The notes under the pieces: model-generated
The model's input: only the letters and a program-made list of their open reading frames with translations
What the model was told of the DNA's origin: nothing
The model's database searches: none
Program-made: the position numbers and the translations under genes
NCBI GenBank assembly: GCA_973895155.1
Contig: OZ316894.1
Span: 17,390,563 to 17,454,562, forward strand
Reading direction: 5' to 3'
DNA from: Marsupella aquatica
Taxonomy: Eukaryota > Plantae > Marchantiophyta
Length of the DNA stretch: 64,000 nt
Shown: piece after piece, positions 1 through 10,396 of the stretch
How positions within the stretch are numbered: position 1 is the stretch's first letter
Layout of the letters: each line of letters opens with the position of its first letter

Positions 1-599
1 CGCCTTGACACGGCTATTATCGTTTTAGTACTCTTGAGACATTAAGTGGAAATGATTTTATGCTAATTTCTTTTCGTGGTGCACTTATTCATCAAAGGAA
101 AATCTGCCAAAAGCTTGCTGGCACCTTTTTAAAAATTCATCATTTCTCAAAATTATCATGGTGTAGTTAATTGGTTCTTCTCATTTCGAATCTCTAAATA
201 TGACTTGCTTTCAGCCAGAAGAGGTCAGGTCTTGGTCTAGATTTAATAGACAAATTTATACCAGATCAAGGCTTTGGGTAGAACCAACTACTGTATAGGT
301 AACACGTGTACCCGTACAACTAAACAGCATTTCCTCGTTGGATTGAATGGGGTCCTCCAAGCCCAGCATAAAGACAAGGAATGGGGTCCTTGAACAATTG
401 AGTGCTCCCATACAACTTGGTTGTTCTCATTAGTTTTTCAAAGGTTGTTTAGTTTTATGGGAGAGAAAGCACTTTGGTCCTCCAAATACCCCACTCCACG
501 CGGTTTCCAGAAATAATTAATTACTACAAGATTTCCACTCTAGTACATGGTTGAACCGAGTCAATGCCACATTTTTTAATTACAGACTTTGCCTTGAAA

Positions 600-865
600 A
601 CAGAAAGGCCCATCCAACAGAGGATAGACGTCCTCCTCTGGAGCATGCATTTCTTTGTAGGGGATCCTACAGGGAACCAGACCAGGAGGGAGAGAGAGTA
701 TTAAACTAGAACCCCAAAGTGGGCAGCCAAGGGCTGAGTGGACAATCACTACTCCCACCAGTACACCCCACCCACACACACATATACCCTCCACACCCCT
801 TGCACATGGAGGGAGCATTGAACATGTCCCGGGCTCATCCTCTGGCCAACTGAACAAACCCAGTT
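600..865 (-). mobile_element. tRNA-derived SINE, copy A (degenerate)
   Basis: The reverse complement (gtttgttcagttggccagaggatgagcccgggacatgttcaatgctccctcc...gtgtgtgtgggtgggg...ctctctccctcctggt...tctatcctctgttggatggg) aligns by eye with 1688-1995 and 55808-56040. A and B boxes are degenerate. Confidence 0.7.
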
Positions 866-1687
866 GGTTTCAATTACAGACTTTGGAAAACTCAAAATAA
901 CTACGATATCGGATCGTGTTATTGTACAATCAAAAAGCAAAAGCATAAAGACCGAACAACCCAATAAAGGGGTTAAGCCAGGAGTAAGAGCAGGTGATGA
1001 GAAAGATAGTAAGCCAACACCCCTTTAGCCTTGAAGATCCTTGAGTGGGATGACTATTGTCAGAGGGAACTATTAATCATTTATTGTATCCATGTAGTGG
1101 TCTGTTCCACTTTACAGTAGATGCGCCCCCAAATTGAGATTTGAGCCTGGGAAGTCATGCGAGCTCTTCAGCAATGGCTGATTCAGTGAGGTATACCACA
1201 AGATTACATCAGCAATTGGTCAAAAATGGTGTTATATGCTTCATAGGGGCTTGTTTGTTGTTGGAACTATATTGAAAGTTCAAGAAAACATAAACTGAGA
1301 GTTTTCCCCTCCAACCTGTTTGAGGTTATGCTTAGCAAATAGATTTTATGACTTAGGTCAAAAATCTAGATTCTGTTTCGTCAGGTTTAGGGATCTGACT
1401 TAGATCTAAAACTTGACAAACAGAATCCGGTTTTTCTTTCTTCTAGTCTTTAGTGTTTGTCCTCTTTGAACTTCTTTTGCTTTCCCTGCATTGTACTTTT
1501 TTGGTCCTTTTTGTTAAGATTATGGTTTTGATCTTAAGACAGATTTGAAACTATATATAACATTGCCAGATTGAAAGCAAAAAGTGCCCAACAAGGAGAC
1601 AAGATCACAAAGGAAGGAGACCCAATGAAGGGGAGAAAACAAGGGAAAAACCTAGACGACAAAAAGAACAAAAAGCCTGAAAGTCAA

Positions 1688-1995
1688 CCAATAGGCTTAG
1701 GTCAGTTGGCCAGGGCATTAGCCTAGGACCAAGAGGTCCCAGGTTCAATTCCCCCTCCACACTCAAGGGGTGTGGATGGTTTGTGTGTGTGTGTGTGGGG
1801 TGGGGTGGGGTGGGAGTACTGGTTTCACTTCGGCCCCTGGCTAGTCTGCTTTGGGGCCTTGGTTCAACCCTCTCTCCCTCCTGGTATAGGTCCCTGTTGG
1901 ATCCATGGGTACTATCCCCTTGTGGCTCTTCACAAAATAAATGCTTCAAAGTGGATCATCTACACTTTGTTGGACGGGTCTGCTTTTGGTTTTGA
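1688..1995 (+). mobile_element. tRNA-derived SINE, copy B (best preserved)
   Basis: Pol III A box TAGGTCAGTTGG (1698-1709) and B box GGTTCAATTCC (1742-1752) at tRNA-like spacing. These are followed by a GT/G-rich tract and a body shared with the other two copies. Confidence 0.75.
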
Positions 1996-3794
1996 GGCAA
2001 CAACAAAAAAAGTGCAAGGGATCAATGGCAAAAGAGCTAATGCCCTGAACAGCAAACTGAGAAGCATGGTAGACCTCTGGAGTAAACCGCATAAGTGGTC
2101 ACAAAAGAGGAATTTAACTAGGGGCCCTAAAATTAACGGCCTCAGGCCTACCCAGAATAGTGAATGCTTGATTGCCCTCTATAGTGCAATTGACACCAAG
2201 ATTGACACTTGCTGTTGAAAGATACTAGTGAGTACCAAAATTGGGGGAAAAGGCCTCTGCTCTACACAAAAAACCACACAAGCTCCAAGGAAACAGTCCA
2301 AGATAGGTGAAGAGCCCCAATGATTTGGAAATGGGAGAAACTAGAAAATGCCTAGAGGAGAGATCCACACTAAGAACTCAAGAAACCCTACTATCAGAAA
2401 GAACAATTATATTTGAGGTAGTGACATGGTGGTTGGGCATGTCTGTTATTGGTAGATATAGTAGGTGAAAAAGCTATGGTGGTGGACAAGGGCTTAGGGT
2501 TTAAGTTAGTTGGGATATATGGCTTGGCAAAAAAATTCTACATCATAATTCGCAATAAGTGTACCTTTTTGACCTATTCAATTCAATAAGGTGAAACCAT
2601 AGGTCCCAATTCCTCTGACAAATTTTTTAAAATTTGACTATCCTTTTGCATGGGGACGGGGATGGGGAGTTCAAGATCTACTCAGTACAGCTGTAGGCTA
2701 TGAGTTTTCAGGTAATGTAAGTTTCTGATATTTAGACTATGCATGTGAATGAGTACTGACATAGGAGTCTGGGTACAAAAAGCCCTTGATATTCATAAGA
2801 TCATCTCCAACCCAACTGAGTTTTATTATTGTAGTAGGGTGTTGACCAAACCCAGTAAAAAGAATGCAAAAAGTCGGTCCAATCCACTCACTTGGAGTGC
2901 TACTGGGAGTGCTCATGGGTTTTCAGGAGCAATGTTCTTTGGTTATTGGATGAAGATATTATACAGGGTCGTTGCTGCTGAGTTTTCAAGATTTCAATCT
3001 AGGTTGTCATATGATGACACCTGCTGTTTAGGGAAATTACCTGGTCAATGCTGGGGTTGCTTCTCAATTGGCCATGATAGATATACATGGGGAAGTTGTC
3101 ATACTGGGTTTTTTACGTACCCAGTAGGCAAAGCCCCTGTTAGGTTGGAGATGCTCAAGCAGGTATTCAGGATTGGCAGAATTAACATTTGACACATGCA
3201 AGCTTTTTGCAAGAGTAAATTGATTAGAAATACCCCCAAAAAACTCATTTCTCACATGCAAGCTTTTTGCAAGAGGACGTTGACCATAAAGCCCCATTCA
3301 CTGACTGGATACTAATATCTTTTAAAAACACATTCTAAAGGGGGTCTGCTACAGAAAGAGACGGTCAAGCGGTGTCTTTGGGTTCACTTCGAAGTTACTT
3401 TGTCTCGATTTTGGAGAAGGGTGCACAGGCGTCAGCATTTCCCACTTCCACAGAAAAGCGCCATAGAGAAGGTGAAGCTATGTCTGAGGAGGCTACAGCG
3501 CAAACTCAAAATCCGAATCTGTGCGAGAAAACGGAGCTCAGGCGAAAAGGGAGTGTGGGTAACTTCGTAATCACTACTGTACTGCCCCCTCGCTCCCAGC
3601 TGGCGAAGCGAGGCAAACAATCAATCGACGTTTGGCTACAAGATCGACTACACGGTTTTGGCCATGCAATTATTGGTTGAATCATAAGAGTTTTGGCGAG
3701 TTTTGGCGGCTGGGTACTCAGGCAATTGCGGTGCCGATGAACTGACTCCCAATTCTCCATCATTGTACCTTAGCAAATTGAAAGAATCCGAGTT

Positions 3795-3940
3795 GACACT
3801 CAACTGATACAAGTGAAAATGAATTCACGGTCACTAATATTATTCTCCAAAGTTGTACTTTGGCAAGTTGAATTGAATCAGATCTGACATTTCACTCAAC
3901 TGATACACGTGAAACTGAATTGACGGTCACTGACATTGAA
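3795..3940. repeat. Imperfect direct duplication (~45 bp core, ~95 bp apart)
   Basis: cactcaactgatacaagtgaaaatgaattcacggtcactaatatt vs cactcaactgatacacgtgaaactgaattgacggtcactgacatt. Confidence 0.7.
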
Positions 3941-5297
3941 CCTACTGTCGTCTGTATTAGATTCATAGTTCACTGAAATCCAACCTGGGTATGACAAACC
4001 TTCCAATTACGTCAGACACTTCAAATCTGTGTTCAGAGATAGTTGATTTTGAGTCCAGTTCCGTTGAAAGTAAAACTCTGGATGGCAGCCAAACGCAACC
4101 AAAACTGTTTTCGTTTACCGAAGACAATTCCAATACCATACTGAATCCGAGATCAAAATACCTCGACTTCATCTCAAGTCCTGGCTTTCCATACAAAATT
4201 ACAGACCGGAATTCCTCTTGCATCGCAGGCCCGCCAATGCGATGGATCCATGTGCTTTCTGCGGACTGAAGATGTGTATAAAGTTCCGTGACCCACTCTT
4301 GCTCACTGTGTTTGTCAACTACATAACACACCACAACAGAGCTAAAATTGCTGCGGTTTGTAGGGCTTGGGCCTACATAAGGCTCACGCTTACAAGAACA
4401 AGACAGCTCTCGCAGTGCAAGTGAGCAGAATCGAAACAGGTGAACAGGAGCCCGATGAATACTTGAACGTCAAGGAGGGAAGATTCAATCTTGCATTGCG
4501 AAGAGCAACTTAAGACACATGAGCCATGTTTTGGTCCAACGGCTCCGGCAGACTTCATGCAGAGCTCAGAGAAAGCATTCATCTATTTAACGTAATCGTT
4601 CATGAGAACTGCAATTGAAGAAGAAAACTTGTTCTTCTATATCTTATCTTCCCACTGCCATAGCAGCTATCCTTCGCTAGCTCCGGAAATATCTGGTACC
4701 ATTTGTACTTCACCCAAAAATCCAGAAGTCACATTTTGACCTCTTCGACATTTACAAAAATATTGTTCCTGGGTCGGCTTTCTAAGATCTTGCACAGCCA
4801 CCTGTATCAGCACTTTGTTCTTGTAAATGCAGTGTTCCAAAATGAGTGGATGTAGCGGCAGATCGAGCACGTCTAACATAATTCACATCCTTAAATGTAC
4901 CCCGACGTGCAGATCGTCGAGCAACGCAAATTTGAGGGCCAACAAAGGTTCCTCTTAACAAGCAATTTCAGCATCTGTAACGGTTCCAAACCAGTGTCAG
5001 CCACGGGGAAAAGAATCTTACAATTTCTAAAAAATCTTCGTTGATCGATCATAAAACTATCATATTTTCCTGACCAAAAGCTACCACACAGCCATGGTAC
5101 CAGTTTTTTCGCAGCTTTCCCTGATGGAACGATACTAACAGCCAAGTATCCTTCACAAGACAACACCTCAGCGAACGGTACACATGACACATCAACGACA
5201 CCCTCTTCGAGAAGGATCAGGCCCACCTTACTTGCATCATCTGCTCCTCTATCAAGTATACCCTCTTCGAGTAAAATCAGGCTCAACTTGATTTGCA

Positions 5298-7682
5298 TCA
5301 CCTCCTCCTCCTCATGCTCTTCGATCTCTTCTCTCGCTTTTTGTAGCGTGCATTCTCAACTTCCAGCTTTTCATTTGTTTCCATTATTTTCGACACCCGT
5401 GAGTTCTGCATTTCTGCGAACACAAGGATCTGATGGAGTAGGGCTCTGAGTTTGGTGTTCTCCTCTTCCGCCTGGCCTGCGCTGTCCTTACTCTCAACGT
5501 TCCCGAGCTGCTCTCGTCCGATAACTGCTGCAGAAGAAACACATTTTATATCATACTTTCCACACAAAAGTCTAGGGCCAACGCGTAACAAAGGCCAAGA
5601 GACCTTAACTGCTTCACTTGTAGCTTCACTTGTATACTCCGCATTCGCAAATCGGGTTACACCATACTCAAAACGTTGCGGAAGGTTCATTACAATGAAC
5701 ACCGTTACAATTTGGGTAACACTTTCGTTCTTGTCTCACCATATTTCATGTGAAAATCAACATGATTACTTAAAAATAATTCACGCTGCAAACCAGACCT
5801 ACTGATGCATTACGATATGTGTTTCAGATAGGAGGAGAAACTCACATTCGTCGTTGCTGGGATTGTTGCCTTCTTGGAAATCTTCCTGCCTTTCTTGCGG
5901 AAGACCTTCATGCATTAAAGCCGGGACTGTACCGGAGTTCTCGTTGTTGACATGACTGGAATATTCATTGCCGGAGACAACTGCGACACAAGGTCCAGAC
6001 TCGTGGTCACTTGATGCGTTCCCCTCTGCAATTTCATTCGAAGGACTTGGAGTTGTGTTGTTCTGCATGAATCTGTCGGGCACCCTTACCTGCTCACGAT
6101 GTAATTCTCTTGTTTGGCAGTTATACTCAGCGTTTGGATAGGAGGAACTGTCATTAAGGTCCATATGATTTCTCTGCTGATCACATTCAGGAGTCGTCGG
6201 ACGAATCTCGTCATCCAATCTTTCATGCCCTGTATTGTATAGGGAGAGAGAATGCAAAGGCACATCCTCTCCTGCACAGTTTTCTCCTTCTGTCCTCCAC
6301 TGGCCGTCTCTCAACCGATCTCCTGAGGGTTCGTGATCATAAAATTCAGTTCCCTCACAAGCTGTTGCCAAGCCCACCTCCACAGTTTCAGGATTGGTAA
6401 TCATGTCCACCAACTCCTGCAGCTTGAACACCTCCCCGGTGATGTTCTTGCGAATATCACGGATAACTTGATTCACTCCCTACACCCAGCAGACAGTAAT
6501 AAAGAGTTAGCACTTTAATACGAAAATCTATTACCCTCTTAACTACATCGTCAAGGGAATACGATGAGATTCACCTAAAAAGGAAGAGTGAGAAAAAGAA
6601 CAGAAATTGAGAAATGCCTACAGGAATCAAGTCTACCTGCACGCTGTCAAGTTGAAGGAGTAGTGCTGTGATGCACTCTGACACCCTGAGTCGCTCCATA
6701 TCGTCAGAACGCAGCTTGGAGTGGAAATTAGGGCTGGACACCTGAACAGTAAGCTCTCTCAATTTGGCCCTTACATCGGCAATGTTACGCAGGTGCTTCA
6801 AAGGGTTCGAGCGTCTTACTCTATAGCCGCGGAAACCAGATTGGATAATCACGGCAGCGGTCACAGTTCTAAGAGCTTCCAACCCCTCTAGACCGCAGTT
6901 TCCAACCACTGAGTCACTTTCTACGTCAGCTCTTTCACGTGGGGACATTGTATCGACGTCCCCTTTATGGTACTCATATTCCAATCTTGAATCATATGGT
7001 CGCTTGTTGGCCTGCTCTGGATAGGAGCAATTGTCCAAGCTGTGATTCCTTTTCAAAGACTGGTTAGAGACAAGGTCGATGTGGGACGTTGAGTTGGAGC
7101 GCCCCATGTTGGGATAGTTTCCGATTTCTTGCCATCGAGACGTGGGTGCCCCATCGACGACAGCATCGATGACCTCCATGAACTGAACCACCTCACGATT
7201 GACGCTTTTTCGAATGTCGCGAACGGTAGGATGGACGTCCTGAAGACATCGATAGTATGAGAAAACCTTAACACTCTGCCGACGTCATGATCGAGCCGTA
7301 TTTCTTGATCTATAACCGGGTCTCTGACAACGAAACCTAAACTTGGCAAATCATCTACAAGGCAACGTTAACGGTAAGGACGCCAAGACTTGAAAAAATT
7401 TAGACAGGTCCTCCAGGCCGTTGCAGATACCTGAAGCGCATCGAGTTGGAGCACCAACCCCATGATTCCTTCGGACAGCTTGCTACACTCCATGACATCC
7501 ACACAAATTCTCTCGATGTAAGCCGGGTCAGCGGCTTTCCACTGCAACTCGCGCAACGTCCGTCTGACGGCGTTGATCTTGCGCAGGTGCGTCAAGGGCT
7601 GGCGCTTACGAACATTGTAGCCCCTGAAGGCCGCTTGTATTGACATGGCTGCCTCCACCGCTGCTGCTAGGTCATCCTCCAT
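5298..7682 (-). CDS. BAG6-like co-chaperone with two tandem IQ-motif + BAG modules and a C-terminal coiled coil (~572 aa)
   Basis: Exons 7682-7431, 7239-6637, 6479-5846 and 5527-5298, all GT-AG and frame-consistent (1719 nt). IQ motifs AAMSIQAAFRGYNVRK and AAVIIQSGFRGYRVRR are each followed by BAG-like helices (LVLQLDALQ/DVHPTVRDIRKSVNREVVQFMEVID; LLLQLDSVQ/GVNQVIRDIRKNITGEVFKLQELVD). The C-terminal EEENTKLRALL...EKLEVENARYKK resembles the plant BAG6 tail. The start codon is inferred. Confidence 0.8.
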
Positions 7683-8352
7683 ACTGCTGCTCCAAATCCC
7701 TTTCTCCGACTGCTCACTTCCTTGCTTGCAGGTTTGCCAGCCAGCCGGCCACTGGATTCGGTCAGTGCACACACTAAGTGCCTCCACTGCTGCCGATGGT
7801 AGCCGAGCTGCTCCTTCACAACCAATAAACTCTAGTTGCTAGTCTCGGCAAACGAGTTCTTCTTTCAATCTGCTACTCTGCAACTGTTGAAATCGCAGTT
7901 CCTGTTCACGAACTGCTCGATCGAAGACTCCTGCTGCTGAAAGCTAACTTACTAACGAAATTCAGGCTCGGTGACTGCTACAGTGATGACTGTTGCCGAT
8001 CTACTCTCGTGCTGACGTGCTACGTCAAACGGGCCCACTCATCACATTCATCAAACATCACAAACGTCAAAAGTTCTCCTCAGCCGTGGCAACAAAAACC
8101 CCATGGCTCGGAGGAAGAAGCGTCGTTTGCGATGGGAGCTTGACAGCGTCGTGCGAATCAACAATCGACACCAAATTACTCGTCTTCGATACACCCGTCG
8201 TCGTCGGGAATGGAAAGATCGGCCACATTCCTCCACGCTGCAAAATTTTCGAACCGATGGAAAGAAAAGCTTTGCTCGTGCAGAACGTCGTTGCGAAGGA
8301 ACGCTTCTTGAAGTTAAACCCTCCCTACTCCCTTCGCAGATGGGACAGTCTT

Positions 8353-8442
8353 GTCTTTGAGGGTTCCATGCCTTGTATAGGATAATGAGGGTTTAGTCAG
8401 TCTTTGAGGGTTCCATGCCTTATATAGGGAAATGATGGTTTG
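8353..8442. repeat. ~47-bp direct duplication
   Basis: gtctttgagggttccatgccttgtatagg... occurs twice in tandem just before the minisatellite. Confidence 0.8.
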
Positions 8443-8443
8443 C

Positions 8444-8872
8444 TCTGGGGTTACTAGTCTGGGGTTACTAGTCTGTAACCCTTTGACCAAAAAGTGGGAG
8501 TGGTAATGAGTCTGGGGTTACTAGTCTGTAACCTGTGACCAAAAAATGGGAGTGGTAATGAGTTTGGGGTTACTAGTCTGTAACCTGTAACCAAAAAGTG
8601 GGAGTGGTAATGAGTCTGGGGTTACTAGTCTGTAACCTTGTGACTAAAAAGTGGGAGTGGGTAATGAGTCTGGGGTTACTAGTCTGTAACCTTGTGACCA
8701 AAAAGTGGGAGTGGGTAATGAGTCTGGGGTTACTAGTCTGTAACCTTGTGACCAAAAAGTGGGAGTGGGTAATGAGTCTGGGGTTACTAGTCTGTAACCT
8801 TGTGACCAAAAAGTGGGAGTGGGTAATGAGTCTTGGGTTACTAGTCTGTCTGGGGTTACTAGTCTGCAACCC
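8444..8872. repeat. Minisatellite, ~7 full units of 52-54 bp plus partial units
   Basis: Unit atgagtctggggttactagtctgtaaccttgtgaccaaaaagtgggagtgggta, starting near 8458, 8511, 8563, 8615, 8669, 8723, 8777 and 8831. Each unit contains the inverted repeat GGTTAC-tagtct-GTAACC. Confidence 0.95.
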
Positions 8873-10396
8873 TGAAAGTGAGGAAATGCTGACGTGGAGT
8901 GTTTGGCTTGTCTAGAAGTTTACACCACCTTTGAGAGGTGGTCCATACAATTCCAAAGTTTGGCTCCTTCATTCAAGGGCTTTACAATTACTGTAGTTCA
9001 TTTAAAACAATGTTTGCTCTGGAGTCTACTGTATGTTTATTAGAACAAGAAGTGCCCCCCAGTTTGCTTTGGTGAAAAAAGTTAACAAGTAGCACAGATG
9101 TCTTGTAATGCCACCATTAGAGTCTTCCTTGAAACTATATTTTTATACATTTTAAACCACTAATGCCTCACTGCAAGGGGAACAAAAACAGCCCAAGGCA
9201 AAACAGCCACAACACCCACTGGGCAGGCCACCATTAGACTCTTGAGGTTGTCATAAACAAATGGACACCCTGGTCCATTTCTATTCTGGATGTTGCATTT
9301 ATTTTGTCCAAACCTAACACATGTTGGCTCAGGCACTTTCACCCCAACTTTCACTGTAGTCTATGCAATGGATCTCACCTTACAATGGGTGAACAATGAT
9401 GATTTCTGCCCCCAAGTTCTTGTAAAACCCTGTAGAGGATGGGTTTGCTCCCTATATCTATCAAAGAATGGGTTCTTCTCCACATTATTGTTTGATTCAT
9501 TTTTTCACATTAAGTTTGCACATATTTTACACTTTAAATGCATTCATTGCCTATTTGGATTGCAGGAACTCGCCCCAAAGTCATTTGTGTAGAAACTCTA
9601 ACTTGTTCTGCAAATTAGTCTGTTGAATGAACTTTTTAATGCAAGCCATATTGTTAAATCAGCTTACTTTTACAATGTACCAAAATCATCTAAATATCTT
9701 AAGGTGAACAAATTTACCAAGTTACCCTCTCGGTTACCCTTGCAATGTCTCTGCTTGGCAAACATGTCCCTAGTTTCTCATGGCGGCCATGGCTCTATGG
9801 AGATTGCAACAGGTCATAACCTGTATATATTGCACTGTATTGTGACAATAGTGCACATAGAATAGTTACAAAGTTTTACTTCATTACTCTGAACGGCCAT
9901 TGAACTGGAGGTGGGATAGGAACACTTGCATTCCAGAGAATTTGGTAACTTATGGGGGGTAATTTGGTGCTTTCTCTTACACAAACAGGTAGGATTTTCA
10001 GCATTTTACTGTCCATTTCTTAGATCTTGAATCGAACAGTCAAAAAATTCAGGATAGTCATGAGCCTGTTTGTAGAGCACTGCGGCCCATACTGAAATTG
10101 ATCGATGCTTGGATAATTGTTAGTAGTGGACCCAGTGCTTGACTAATTTTAGAGCCAGATACATGCTTAATTGGCCAATTTCAACAATGTACCTTGCTCA
10201 ACTAAATTTTAACAATAGCTCGAGATTTGACAACAAACTACAGTATCTATCATACAAGCAGGTTCAACCTTCTCAAAACGATTTTGTTTGTACAAGATCC
10301 GAAGCTCTAGAAAAATGATGACAATAGATGTTTTGATTTCTTAATTTCTAGATTATTCTAATCACTGATGACAAAAAATAAATTGAAAGCCAATGG

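Noticed and set aside
1688-1760. Functional tRNA gene
   Set aside because: A and B boxes are present, but there is no convincing acceptor stem or poly-T terminator, and the downstream body is shared with other dispersed copies.
3372-5301. Several 85-136 aa ORFs downstream of the BAG gene
   Set aside because: No recognisable motifs and no coherent splice model; several use non-ATG starts.
7850-7935. Heat-shock element upstream of the BAG6-like gene
   Set aside because: Only two properly spaced nGAAn units (TTCacGAA), below the usual three.
8444-8872. CRISPR-like array (palindromic repeats at regular spacing)
   Set aside because: The sequence between the palindromes is essentially identical in every unit (no unique spacers), there are no cas genes, and the context is eukaryotic. 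It is a minisatellite.
8573-8915. Repetitive 98-aa and 105-aa ORFs on both strands
   Set aside because: Artefact of the 54-bp unit being a multiple of three.
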